Source: Candidatus Latescibacterota bacterium (GTDB lineage Bacteria > Latescibacterota > UBA2968 > UBA8231). From it: a stretch of DNA of 64,000 nt. The stretch covers positions 832,001 through 896,000 of the forward strand of contig CBDCXV010000011.1 in assembly GCA_965223905.1 (NCBI GenBank), given 5' to 3'. Under the pieces are notes generated by a model that did no database searches, was not told where the DNA came from, and was given only the letters and a program-made list of their open reading frames with translations. Shown here one piece after another: positions 42,591 through 53,214 of the stretch. The stretch's first letter is position 1, and each line of letters begins with the position of its first letter. The position numbers and the translations under genes are program-made.

Positions 42591-43821
42591 ATGCCTGCAG
42601 AAGAGATCGAACGCCACAAGCTCAAAGTGCTCTTCGTGTCGCACACCTTTCCTCCCGCGGACCGGCCCCTGGCCAACGTCGGCGGCATGCAACGCGTCGC
42701 CGTCGATCTGCACGGGGCCCTGGCGCACCACCCGGAGGTCGCGGTTCGCGACGTAGTGCTGCGCAGCTCGTGGCGCTGGATCTACGTGCGCACCCCCCCC
42801 CTACATGTTGCGCGCCTACCGCGCAATAGAGAACGCGGCCCGTTCCGGCGCCGTCGACGTCGTGTTGTTCTCGTCGATGATCCCGGCTACCCTCGCCGCC
42901 CCGCTGCAGGGCTTGCTGCGCGAATCCGGGGTCGCGACCCTGGCGATCGCCCACGGGCAGGACGTCACCTGGCCCTTCGCTCCGTACCAGCACGTTCTGC
43001 AGTCCGGCTTCGAGGCGCTCGACGGGGTCGTCGCGGTCAGCCGGGCAACCGGCGAGCAGTGTCTGGCCAGGGGACTTCCCCCCTCCAGGCTTCACGTCCT
43101 TCCCAACGGAATCCGCGAGGACCGCTTCCGCGGCGCTCAGTCTCCGCGTGTCGGCGACGAGTACGGCCGCCGGGAGCTGCTGCGCGCCCTTGGCTCTCCT
43201 CCGGACGGCGACTCCTTCCTGCTCTGCAGCGTCGGCAGGCAGGTCGAGCGCAAGGGCTTCAGCTGGTTCGTCGACGCCGTGATGCCGGAGCTTCCCGACA
43301 GCATTCACTACTGGCTGGCCGGCTCCGGGCCGGAAGAAAGCAACATCCGCGGAGCCGCCGCCCGGCGCGGACTGGAGGAGCGCGTCCGCCTTCTCGGAGC
43401 CGTGCCCGACGAGCACCTCCACAGTCTCTACTGCGGATCCGACCTGTTCATCATGCCCAACGTGCCGGTGCCGGGAACCATGGAGGGGTTCGGCGTGGTC
43501 ATGCTCGAAGCGGGACTGTGCGGGCTGCCGACGATCGCCTCGCGGCTCGAGGGTATTCAGGACGTCATTACCGAGGAGGAGAACGGGCACCTAGTCCGCA
43601 GCGGCCACGCCGGCGATTTCCGCGACGCCATACTCAGCTACTACACCGATCCCCGGAAGCTCGACGCGGCACGCATCCGTGCCTCCGAAAAGACGCGCCA
43701 GTTCCGCTGGCCGGTGATCGCCGACTGCTACGTGCGCCTGATGGAGCAGTTGGTCCACGATCTCAGGCCGGCTTCCCGGCCCGCTCCCGGAAGCGGCCGC
43801 TTGGTTCCTTCCGCGGGCTGA
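42591..43821 (+). CDS. GT4 glycosyltransferase, +1 frameshift at a C9 tract (42793-42801)
   Basis: VSHTFPP..VGGMQR in one frame; AHGQD, VGRQVERKG, MEGFGVVMLEA in the next; C8 restores TPPYML. Confidence 0.82.
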
Positions 43822-46315
43822 AGCCGGGCAGCTGCCCGCGGTCGGACAGGAACTGCAGGATCGCCGGGGTCACCAGGAGGGCGGCCAGCCAGGTCGTCGC
43901 CAGGCCGGTGATGGCCAGCATCCCGATGGTCCGAAGACCAGGGTGGAAACTCAACAGGGGGCCGGCAAAGGCGATCGCCGTCGTCAGCGAGCCGACGGTG
44001 ATGTGCTCTCCCGTGGAGGCCAGCACCCGCCGTATGGAGCCGGGTCCTTCCTCCCGGTAGCGGTGGGCGAGATGGGCCCCGGCGTCGTTGCCGATCCCGA
44101 GAACCGCCGGCAGCACGATCATGTTGTAGAAGTTCAGGCGCAGGTCGAAGACGGCCATGGCGATCACCATCCACAGAACCCCGACGAACAGGGGCACGAG
44201 AGCGATCGCGGCCCAGCGCAGGGAGGTGAAGTTCAGCCACATCAGCAGCATCACCAGCGCCCCAGCGGAGGCGACCATCCAGGGGGATTCCCGGCGCACC
44301 AGCCTGAGAATCTCGGCCGCGGCCAGGGAGGGTGAGCCGGCGTGGAAAACCCTTCCGTCCGCGCTCTCCACGGTCCCCACATCCTCGAGGAAGGCGATGG
44401 AGTTGCGGCCGTCCGACAGTCCCACGGACGGGGAGATGCGCACGAAGTGGCCGATCTCCCCGGTGCTGGTGAGGAACGGATTCTTCAGGGAGGAGGGAAT
44501 CTCGTCCGGGGAGAGCGGGTCGCGGGTCTGCGCTGCGGCGCGCAGGCGCGTGAGCTGTTCCCCGCCCGCGGCCCGCAGCAACGGCTCCTCGAGGGTCGAC
44601 CTGATGGCGGCGATGCGCAGCAGCTTGGCCCGCTGTTCCGCTTCCTCCATCGGGAAGCGGTCCTGCAGGGTGACGACCCCGGCGATGGTCGGGGTCAGGG
44701 TGTCGGCCGCGGCGCGCGCGCTCACCGCCGCGGCCGCGGCGCGCGCTTCCGCCGGCGAATCCGCGACGATGTACGCCTGGTTGCGCCCGCCTCCCGGCGG
44801 AAAGACCTTCCTGATCTCGTCGCGGCGCTTGTTGTATTCGCCGTACACCGGCTCCAGCTCGCCGAACCGGTACTCGAACTCCGTTCCCGGAAACGCCAGG
44901 ACCCCGATCAGGACCGAGCCGAGCGCCCCTGCCGTCACCAGGCCGGCCAGGGGAAAACGGCCGTCGCCTGCCACCTGCGGCTCCACCGGTTTTCGGGGCG
45001 CAAGTGAGAGCAACCCGAGCCGCTCGCAGACCGCCACCAGCGCCGGCATCACCACCATCATGGCCAACAGCGCGAACGCGATTCCCACCGTGGCGATCAG
45101 CCCGAAGTGACTGAACCCCCTGAAATCTCCCAGCACCAGGACGGCGAGCCCGCCTGCGGTGGTCATGGCGCCGACCGCTATCGCCTGGCCGGTGCTGGCG
45201 AAGGTGACCTCGATGGCATCCGCCACCTCGAGGCCGTTGCCGCGCTCCTCGGCGTAGCGCGCGTAGAAGTGGATCCCGTAGTCGATTCCCAGCCCGAACA
45301 GCAGCAGGGCCAGGATCGAGGTCATCAGGTTGAGTCCGCCCAGCCACAGGTAGGTCACGGCAAAGGTCCAGCTCAGGCTCATCAGGAAGGGCAGACCGAT
45401 CACGACCGCCATGACCGGCATGCGCGCGCAGGCGGCCGCAAGGGTCGCCCCGCGCGACCGCGACCCTGAAGGGGCGTACGACTTGTAGGAGAAGTAGAGC
45501 ACCACCGTACAAAGGACGGCGAGCACCCCGGCTCCGAACGAACGCCCGACGTCGCTGGAAATCGCCCTGACCTCGTGGAACCGCCGCAGCAGGCGGCCGG
45601 CCGTGGTGACCTCCATGGCGGGGTGAAACCCCTCCGGCTGCAGGGCCGCGGCCAGGGAATCGAGGGCGGCGTACAGCTGCTGAATCCGGGCGAAGTTGGT
45701 CTGGGAAACTCCGGGGTGAAACTTCACCGCGAGCACCGTGCTGTCCGCCGACACCGGGTACTCCCCCTGGACCAGACGCGCGTAGATCTCCTCCAGGCGC
45801 CTGGACAGCGAGTCCTCCCCGGCCGCCTCCCTTTTTTCAAGGTCGAAATAGAGCGGGCTGGATTCGAGCCGCGCCCGCTCCAGCCGCCTGCCGAGGTACT
45901 CCTCCAGGGCATCGAGCTCTTCCCCGGTGGCGAAGTAGAGGGCGTTGCGCTCCAGGAACCCGGTGTCCCGGCGGAATTCGCAGCGGCTGAAGTACGGCTC
46001 ACCCCCTGGAGATTGCAGCTCCATGGCTGCGTCGATCAGGGATTCCGCGAAGGCTCGATTGGCGGCGAAATCCGGGCTCGATACGGCCACGGCGACATCG
46101 TCCTCGCCGCCGATCGTCTCGCGCAGCCGCTCGAGCGCCCGGATGGTGGGATACTCGGAGGGCAGCAGGTTGGAGAGCTCGGCGTCGATCTCCAGGCGCA
46201 GGGCCAGCGGCGCGCAGACGAGGGACAGCAGAAGGGCCGCAGCCAGTACGGCGTGGCCGTGGGTACCTGTATAGCGGACGAAGGGCCGCAGGCGCCGGAA
46301 GAGGGTAGTCAGCAA
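43763..46315 (-). CDS. MMPL/RND family lipid transporter (HpnN-like)
   Basis: Two TM bundles, GLGIDYGIHFYARY.EE, GIGNDAGAHL, large periplasmic loops. Confidence 0.9.
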   Translation of the reverse strand: MLTTLFRRLRPFVRYTGTHGHAVLAAALLLSLVCAPLALRLEIDAELSNLLPSEYPTIRALERLRETIGGEDDVAVAVSSPDFAANRAFAESLIDAAMELQSPGGEPYFSRCEFRRDTGFLERNALYFATGEELDALEEYLGRRLERARLESSPLYFDLEKREAAGEDSLSRRLEEIYARLVQGEYPVSADSTVLAVKFHPGVSQTNFARIQQLYAALDSLAAALQPEGFHPAMEVTTAGRLLRRFHEVRAISSDVGRSFGAGVLAVLCTVVLYFSYKSYAPSGSRSRGATLAAACARMPVMAVVIGLPFLMSLSWTFAVTYLWLGGLNLMTSILALLLFGLGIDYGIHFYARYAEERGNGLEVADAIEVTFASTGQAIAVGAMTTAGGLAVLVLGDFRGFSHFGLIATVGIAFALLAMMVVMPALVAVCERLGLLSLAPRKPVEPQVAGDGRFPLAGLVTAGALGSVLIGVLAFPGTEFEYRFGELEPVYGEYNKRRDEIRKVFPPGGGRNQAYIVADSPAEARAAAAAVSARAAADTLTPTIAGVVTLQDRFPMEEAEQRAKLLRIAAIRSTLEEPLLRAAGGEQLTRLRAAAQTRDPLSPDEIPSSLKNPFLTSTGEIGHFVRISPSVGLSDGRNSIAFLEDVGTVESADGRVFHAGSPSLAAAEILRLVRRESPWMVASAGALVMLLMWLNFTSLRWAAIALVPLFVGVLWMVIAMAVFDLRLNFYNMIVLPAVLGIGNDAGAHLAHRYREEGPGSIRRVLASTGEHITVGSLTTAIAFAGPLLSFHPGLRTIGMLAITGLATTWLAALLVTPAILQFLSDRGQLPGFSPRKEPSGRFRERAGKPA

Positions 46316-46318
46316 AGG

Positions 46319-47040
46319 TCAGCGCCCGGGAGGCAGCAACAGGATGTCGTCGAAGTCGCTTTCGGCGGCCAGCTGGGTCGAGTCGGAGTCGTTCCACAAG
46401 GCGATGGCGACCGGCTCGGAAGCCGGTGTCCCGCCGAACAGGGCCCGGTAGTCCTCGACGACGTCGCGCGCCACGGTCTGCCAGCGCCCCACTCCGTCCC
46501 GGGCGCTCGAGGCCACCAGAACCTTCAGGGTGCCGTACGACGCCGTCGATCCGACCGGCAGGGTCGAGCTGTAGGTGTACTTGATCGTCCGCGGGCGCCC
46601 GAGCCAGTCCCGGGACAGAGTGACGTAGAGGGCGGCGCCGGTGTCGTTGGGGCCGCGGCGGTCCTCCCGGGCGCCTTCGGGCAGGACGTGCGCCCTCCAG
46701 CGCCACTGCAGGCGAGGGTGACTGCCGAGTCGCCAGCGGTACCCGTCCCCGTTCGGCAGGATGATCCGGATCGCCTCCCCCGCGGTGTGGGAGCGGACGA
46801 AGGTGTTGTCGTCGCCATCCCTGGCGATAAGGAAGCGCTCGGCCGGGCGGTTGAACCTCGGACCGAACGGGACCAGCCTGCGCTCGTGCAGGTACTTCCA
46901 CCCGGAAGGATGCAGGCCCGGGGTCTGCGATTCGAAGTCGGCGACCACGATCGGCCCCGGGGCCTTCTCCGCCCGGGCGCCGTCGGCGACGAGGAGGCAA
47001 ACGGCAAGGCCGGCGCAGAATACCTTTCCGGACAGGCTCA
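46319..47040 (-). CDS. DUF3047 family periplasmic protein (start approximate)
   Basis: Signal-like LAVCLLVA, HPRLQWRWR, DTGAALYV, IKYTYSS, W...RDVVEDYRALFG, DSDST. Confidence 0.78.
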
Positions 47041-47093
47041 ATCCCCAGCCTTGTCGGCGCCTTCCCTGCCGCGGGCCCGGGGCGGGGACGCTT

Positions 47094-47900
47094 TCAGACC
47101 TTCGCCTCCAGAACCGGTTTCCGTTGCCAGGGTTGCTCGCGAAGTTTGAGCTGATCGAGGCGGCGGCTCGCCAGCCTCGGCCCGAGGAAATCGTAGAAAT
47201 ACCAGTCCTGCAGGCGGTGCGGGACCAGGTGGTAGAGAGTGCGCTCGAACAGGTTCCAGCGCACCCGGCAGCGGTCGCCCCGCCGGTTCGAAGGCCGGCA
47301 CCAGAGGTCGACGTGATGAACGGCGTACCCGTATCGGAACATGCGGTTGAGGATTTCGTGATCGAGAAGGACGTAGCTCCAGTAGCGCGTAGAGAATCCT
47401 CCGGCGCGCTGCAGAACCTCCCTCCTGAGAATCTGGCCGTACCCGCCAACGAAACCCTGGCGGCGAAACAGCTTGGCAAGCATCACGACTGCTCTTCTGC
47501 GGAGCCGCGACGGCATTGTTTCGGCCTCGGCTGCAGGCAAGGCCATCAGCGACACGGCGCTTTCGGGATGGTCGTCCGCCAGCTCTTCGCACAGGGCGAG
47601 GTAATGAGGAGGGTACCAGGTATCGGCGTCCGCCAGCACCACGAAGGTCCCTGCCAGGTGAGCGCACCCGGCTTGCAGCGCGTGGATCTTGCCGGGGCGG
47701 TTTTCGGTCAGGTGGATGACTTCCCCTTCCCAGCCGGCCAGGGCTGAGCGGCATACCGATGGCGAGCGGTCGGTCGAGCCGTTGTCGACCGCGACGATCC
47801 GTTCCGGCGGGCGCGTCTGCGCTCGCCAGGAGGCGAGGGTCCGCTCGAGGAAAGCCTCCTCGTTGTAGTACGGTATCAGGACCGTGAAGGTCTGGGGCAT
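47094..47900 (-). CDS. GT2 glycosyltransferase
   Basis: VLIPYYNEE, VDNGSTD, GKIHAL, DADT. Confidence 0.9.
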   Translation of the reverse strand: MPQTFTVLIPYYNEEAFLERTLASWRAQTRPPERIVAVDNGSTDRSPSVCRSALAGWEGEVIHLTENRPGKIHALQAGCAHLAGTFVVLADADTWYPPHYLALCEELADDHPESAVSLMALPAAEAETMPSRLRRRAVVMLAKLFRRQGFVGGYGQILRREVLQRAGGFSTRYWSYVLLDHEILNRMFRYGYAVHHVDLWCRPSNRRGDRCRVRWNLFERTLYHLVPHRLQDWYFYDFLGPRLASRRLDQLKLREQPWQRKPVLEAKV

Positions 47901-47967
47901 GAAGGGGAACCCTGCCGGGGAGGTAGGGAACGGTTCTCGCGAGAACTTTCGTAGTAAAGGAATGCGT

Positions 47968-47984
47968 GTTACGGGCAGGTGAAG
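47968..47984 (-). promoter_or_regulatory. Pho-box-like repeat upstream of the GT2-DUF3047-MMPL operon
   Basis: Minus strand CTTCAC-CTGCC-CGTAAC (11-bp period), ~70 nt before the ATG. Confidence 0.4.
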
Positions 47985-48119
47985 GTCTCTCGGCCGCGCG
48001 ACGCCGTCCCGTTACGGTTCCGAGACGCCGGGGCTTCGGTCACCCGCGTCGGGTAGCCGGGCACGCCCTGCGGGGTCGGCGGATGCACCGCAGCTCCGGA
48101 AGGAGCGGATGGGGAGGAT

Positions 48120-48300
48120 GACTGGGATCTTCATGCGCGCCCTGGGCAAGGAGGGAATCTGGAAAACGAGGATCACCCTGGAACCCGGAACTTGCGAGTA
48201 CCGTTTCGTCGTCGACGGACAATGGTGTAACGACCCAGGCCGCGCCGAGTTCCGCCAAAACCAATACGGCGACACCGACTGCGTAGTCAGGGCAGGTAGT
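48120..48300 (+). pseudogene. Glycogen-binding (CBM48/AMPK-beta-like) domain remnant
   Basis: GIWKTRITLEPGTCEYRFVVDGQWCNDP..NQYG; N-terminus frameshifted or missing. Confidence 0.65.
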
Positions 48301-48392
48301 ATCGGGCCGCCCAGACGCCTTGAGGGCCGGGTTCCCCGGCCGCCCAAATGCTGCAATCTGTCCCCGGCAGGACACCGCTCTCGCGGAAAGCG

Positions 48393-49577
48393 TCACACCG
48401 GCCGCCATCTGATGAGCGCCCCTCCGTACGCGTAGTGCCCGTACGCGGTCAGCACCGAGCCGTCCCCCAGGGATACCGATGCCTGGTGCCCGTTGGCGCA
48501 GCCGTACCACATCTCTCCCGTCTCCCAGGTGACCGCGCCGAGCTCCTTGTGGTGCAGGTGCGGCCAGTCGTCGAGGATGTACATCCTGTCCGTATTCCAG
48601 GTCAGGCCGTGGTCCCCGCTGACCAGGGCGTCGCACCCCAGGCGGTAGCTTGCCAGCTCGCCCCCCCTTATATCGAGGCGCCGCACCGCGGTCAGGACGA
48701 GGTCGCCGTTCGCCAGGCGCAGCAGGTTGGCGTGGTGCCTGCCCGCCTCGAACACCTCTACGAGCCGCGACCAGGTCCGCCCGTTGTCGCGCGAGATCGA
48801 CACCCCGGTGCCCATGAAGCTGTCGTAGTGGTAGCGGATCCAGCGGGCCGGCACGTCCATCCGCTTGGCAGCGACGATCCAGCCGTTCGCCGCCCTCACC
48901 ATCGCCCCGTCGGAGCAGCTGCGCTCCCAGGTCGTTCCCTCGAAGCTGTCCGTCCACTTCCATTCCTCCGGATAGCTGTACTGCTCGCAGGTGCGGCCAC
49001 CGTCGAAGGACCAGCAGACGAAGGCGCGGCTGGGCCAGGTGCCGAACGGCTTCCCCTCGGCATCGTCGGGGCGATGGCCGCTGGTCCAGCCGATCAGGAC
49101 CGGGCGCCCGTCCCCGTCGAAGTCGACCAGGGCGTTGCCCTCGCTGCTCCACGGCTGTCCGTTCGGCGCCACCGGGAGGGGGTGCCGTTCCGGCCAGGTG
49201 CGGCCGTAGTCGTGGCTGAAGTACAGCCCCGGACCATCCGGCCCTTCTCCGTGCCGGTAGAGGCTGCCCCCGCCGAGACAGGTCAACCGTACGGGGGGAC
49301 CGAAGCCCGCGGTTTCGTACTCGCTCCAGGTAGCCCCGCGGTCGGCGCTTATGGACGCCACAGCCTCCCCGTACACCGACGGACCGCGTCCGGTCCTCGC
49401 CGCCCCCATCAGCAGGATCTCGCCGTTGTTCATGGCGGCCAGCCCGAAGGGGAGGACCTTCACCCCCCGGTAGCGGGGCACGAACCGGTACTGCGCCGGG
49501 TGAACGACGTATCCGCCCCTGCCGTCACCCCGAAGGACGCGATGCTCCTTCCAGGAGAATTCCGTTTCTTTTGGCAT
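48393..49577 (-). CDS. BNR/Asp-box sialidase-like protein
   Basis: Five Asp-boxes: SADRGATW, SHDYGRTW, SFDGGRTC, SRDNGRTW, SGDHGLTW. Confidence 0.85.
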   Translation of the reverse strand: MPKETEFSWKEHRVLRGDGRGGYVVHPAQYRFVPRYRGVKVLPFGLAAMNNGEILLMGAARTGRGPSVYGEAVASISADRGATWSEYETAGFGPPVRLTCLGGGSLYRHGEGPDGPGLYFSHDYGRTWPERHPLPVAPNGQPWSSEGNALVDFDGDGRPVLIGWTSGHRPDDAEGKPFGTWPSRAFVCWSFDGGRTCEQYSYPEEWKWTDSFEGTTWERSCSDGAMVRAANGWIVAAKRMDVPARWIRYHYDSFMGTGVSISRDNGRTWSRLVEVFEAGRHHANLLRLANGDLVLTAVRRLDIRGGELASYRLGCDALVSGDHGLTWNTDRMYILDDWPHLHHKELGAVTWETGEMWYGCANGHQASVSLGDGSVLTAYGHYAYGGALIRWRPV

Positions 49578-49642
49578 GAGAAACCATTCCAGTCGTTTCG
49601 TTCCGTTTGAAATCCGCTCTCCGATAGTGTAGTAGACCGATA

Positions 49643-51904
49643 TTGAGACAACTACCCCTGTCCTTGGCTTCCCGCACCGTCACCGGGTTTCTCGTCGCTG
49701 CCCTTGTTGCCGGATCGCTTCTCCGCCTGAACGGCATCGACTGGGGCACGGATCCGGTTACCGGCGAGTTTCACGCCTTTCACCCGGATGAAAGCACCAT
49801 TGTCAGGAACAGCCGCTGGGTAGGAACCGATCTGCGGCAGATCCAGATGCCGTACGGGTTCTTCCCCGCCTACTTCCTGTGGGGGGTCTCCAGCCTTGCC
49901 GGCGTCTCGCTCTCACCTGATAGCAACAGCGGACTTCGGGAAGCCCACCTTCTGGCCCGGTCGATCACCGCGGCGATGTCCGTCGCCAGTATCTGGGTGG
50001 TCTTTCTGATTGCGCGCACCCTCGGGGGAGGACTGACGGCCGCGCTCTCCGCAGTACTGTTGGCTTTCTGTTACGGGCACGTTCAGCAGGCTCACTACTA
50101 CACGGTCGATCCGCTGCTTACCGCGACCGCGGTTCTGTGCCTGTACCTGATTCTGCGCATGCCCAAGGCCGGCGCTGCGACGTACGTTGCCGCCGGCGCC
50201 CTCGTGGGAATTGCCGTCGGGACTCGCCTGGTCGGCGTGCTCCTCGTTGTCCCCTTCGTCGTCCAGCACCTGCCCCCCGACTGGTACCGGCGACCCGCCC
50301 GCGTCTTCCACGCCCTTGTATCGGTCCGCACCGGCCTGTTCCTCGCCGGCCTTTTTGCCATGGCCATTGCCTGCGAGCCGTTTTCCGTTCTGGAACCGAG
50401 CCGGTTTTTCGGCGACGACGACCTGCTCACCTGGAGGCGGAGCCTGGACGTTTCCCTCGGAGAGGTGGTTTTCGCGTGGTCGCTCTACGACATCGGAACG
50501 AAGCCGTTCCTTTTCCACCTCACCGATCTTCTCCCCTACTCGCTTGGCCTGCCGCTGTTCGCGGCCGCGGTCGCCGGATGCCTCCTGGCGGTAATCCTCC
50601 GAAACAGGACGGCACTGGTGCTGCTGTCCTGGGTAATCGTCTACTTCGCCGCGGTGGGAGGCCACCACCTGAAACCGGTCCGATACGTACTGCCGCTGCT
50701 GCCCCCCCTCGTCGTCCTTGCGGCCTGGGCGTGCGCCCTCTGTGTGCGCCGGGTGCCGTTCCGCCCTGTCGCGTACGGGGTGCCTGCCATCGTGATCTCG
50801 GCGTCGGTGGCCATCGGGCTCACCACTTGGAACATCTACCACAGGACCGACGCGCGGATCGATGCGGCGAAATGGATTGAGGCTCGCGTTCCCGGAGGAG
50901 AGAGGGTGCTGACCGAGGTCGGCGGATTCCCCACCCAATGGATGGTCTCACCCCCGCGCAGAAAACGGACGGTCAAGGCGAGCTATTTCATTCATACCAA
51001 GAACTGCGGCACCGAGCTCGCCCAGATTCAACACGTCAGGAGACTGCTGGAGGACGTTGGCTGGATCGCCCTGGTCGAGGAGAACCGGGAGCGGCAGTTC
51101 CTCGCCGCCGCGGGATCCTATCCGGTCGGGTATGGCTTGTACGCCCGCCTGAAATCCGGAGGTCTCGGGTTTTCCCCCGCGGCCAGGTTCAAGACGAATC
51201 CCGGGGTCGGTCCGGTCGAGTTCGGCAGACCGTACGACGAACCTACGATGACGGCATTCGACCACCCCACCGTGGTAATCCATCGCCGCGACGACGAAGC
51301 AGCCGTCGAGGAAGCCCTTGCGGAATGGGAAGGGCGCTGGAATAGCGAAGACGAAAGGCTTCTCATCGCAGGGGCAGAGGCGATCCGATCGGGACGCACC
51401 GAGGAAGCGCAGAACCATCTCCGTCTCTTCACCCGGCGCCGTCCCGATGTTCTGGTCGGGCAGTTCCTGTTGGGAAAGGCACACGGGAGCGGCAGCTCGT
51501 TGCAGATTAGAGGAGTTCCCTATCCCTCCTGCATGGAAGCGGTGCTGAATCAGCTGCTCGGATTGCGGATGCCGGAACTGGCTCTGGAGACGGCCGAGTT
51601 GTTCATCAGCCATGCTGCTTCCAGAATGCGAACTGCCCCCCTGGTCGACCTGTATCACTCGGCCGGGCTGCTCGCCAGGGACCTCGGAGAGCCGGAACGC
51701 GCCGCCGATCACTTCGAGAAGGCCTTTTCCCTGAATGGCCGGCACTGGGAATCGAGACTGGAGTACGCCCGCCTCTGCGTGAGGTTGGGCCGGCTGCGCG
51801 TGGCCGAGGCTGCCTTCGAGAAGGTTCTCCGCGCCAACCCCGGCAACACCGCGGCCATCAAGGGGCTCGCACAGTTGCGGACGGGAGCTGTCGAGCTCCC
51901 TTGA
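49643..51904 (+). CDS. GT-C fold glycosyltransferase with C-terminal TPRs (paralog of 34264-36702)
   Basis: LRLNGIDWG..FHPDE, QQAHYYTVD, RYVLPLLP, FDHPTV, TPR FEKVLRANP. Confidence 0.85.
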   Translation: MRQLPLSLASRTVTGFLVAALVAGSLLRLNGIDWGTDPVTGEFHAFHPDESTIVRNSRWVGTDLRQIQMPYGFFPAYFLWGVSSLAGVSLSPDSNSGLREAHLLARSITAAMSVASIWVVFLIARTLGGGLTAALSAVLLAFCYGHVQQAHYYTVDPLLTATAVLCLYLILRMPKAGAATYVAAGALVGIAVGTRLVGVLLVVPFVVQHLPPDWYRRPARVFHALVSVRTGLFLAGLFAMAIACEPFSVLEPSRFFGDDDLLTWRRSLDVSLGEVVFAWSLYDIGTKPFLFHLTDLLPYSLGLPLFAAAVAGCLLAVILRNRTALVLLSWVIVYFAAVGGHHLKPVRYVLPLLPPLVVLAAWACALCVRRVPFRPVAYGVPAIVISASVAIGLTTWNIYHRTDARIDAAKWIEARVPGGERVLTEVGGFPTQWMVSPPRRKRTVKASYFIHTKNCGTELAQIQHVRRLLEDVGWIALVEENRERQFLAAAGSYPVGYGLYARLKSGGLGFSPAARFKTNPGVGPVEFGRPYDEPTMTAFDHPTVVIHRRDDEAAVEEALAEWEGRWNSEDERLLIAGAEAIRSGRTEEAQNHLRLFTRRRPDVLVGQFLLGKAHGSGSSLQIRGVPYPSCMEAVLNQLLGLRMPELALETAELFISHAASRMRTAPLVDLYHSAGLLARDLGEPERAADHFEKAFSLNGRHWESRLEYARLCVRLGRLRVAEAAFEKVLRANPGNTAAIKGLAQLRTGAVELP

Positions 51905-52784
51905 CGATTCCCCACGTCCGGCGCTCGATCGCCGTGACGGCACCGGTCCCGCCCTCGAGGGCAGGATCGGGAACCCGGCTCGAGGCCAGAAAATGCAACT
52001 CGATATCTCTTTCCCCGCCCGCGATCGGGCCGAGGTAGGATGATTCGTTGAAGATGTGGTAGGTGAACGTCTCTACTCGAAGCGGGGGGCGCTCGCCCGG
52101 GCTTTCAGGCTGATACGGACAGATCCCCCTGTCGCTGCCAAATCCGAGCAGGCGCTGGCGCAGAAAATCCAGAAAACCGCGGTCGCTGAGGAATTGCATC
52201 GAATCCTTCAGCAAGGGAACTCTGGCATCCCAGGGCAACCTCCAGCTCCTCCTCGGTCATTTCCGCAACAGCAGGTGCGAACCTCGACAGGGTGTGGTAG
52301 ATGCCGTCGGTCACGAACACAATCGTCGCGGATGGCTCGAGATTCCCCGAGGTTCCGCGCAGGACATCTCGGAATGCCTCGCATAGGCAAAGGAGGAAGT
52401 TGCCTCCTGCCAGATAGACCGTCGACCCCTCCGGAAACTGGAGACGGTGCTCGCCGGATGGGCTGTTTACTATCAATCCCACGTCGTCGTCAGAGAGGAA
52501 GTAGTGGCGGGCGGACTCCCGCGCATTGAGGGGATCTTTGGCGAAGGGGCCGTCGTGGACCACCATGATCGCCTCTTCCGTGGCGACCGGTGGGCGAGAG
52601 CTTCAATTCCTGCCCGGGACTTCTCGCGCAGATCCCAGGTCGAGGTGGGGTGATTCAAAAGGAGGGCCCTGTCACCGGGCCATTCGTTGGGGTCCGACGC
52701 GCGAATATCCCAGCGCATCTGGGAAAATGCTGGTGACAGGGAAGCGGCCAGGACCGCAAGAGAAACGACACCGCTGCTCTTCAT
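51858..52784 (-). pseudogene. Frameshifted secreted protein with C-terminal TAIERRTWGIVK tail
   Basis: Signal peptide MKSSGVVSLAVLAASLSPAFS at 52784, middle part in frame 52105-52566, tail in frame 51858-52238. Confidence 0.6.
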
Positions 52785-53214
52785 GATCGGCCTCGCTGCC
52801 GGCAAGATAAGGAAAAAAACGACCTCCCCCACACGCCACTGACCTGCATCGGCAAACCTGATTTGCCCGGCGACAAAGCCATCGGTGCGGATCAATCCCC
52901 GCTGATCCCCGTGAGGATACCCATGCATCTTGACCTGCATTTTGTCCGCCGCTGGCAGAGCAGATTCGGTGGTCCATTCAGGTCTGCGGCCGGTCTCCCT
53001 CCAAAGCGACCCTCACCCCCGGAGCAACATGGTTTTTCGGGTCAACGCATTGCCGGACCGGCCCTGGCCAATGGCGGCGGAAGCGAACGGAGCCGCCTGG
53101 GGGGGAGCCGGTCGGCAGTAAGGCCGCGCCTGACTGGAGGCCATTGAGGACCCTCGTGCCCGACTTTGACGGTTCACCTCCAGCAGGAATACATTGACAG
53201 CAGCGGTGACGACC

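Noticed and set aside
52850-52890. GGCAAACC...GAC AAAGCC resembling a c-di-GMP-I riboswitch
   Set aside because: Lacks the GNRA tetraloop, GACGC spacing and P3 stem; an Infernal search against RF01051 would settle it.
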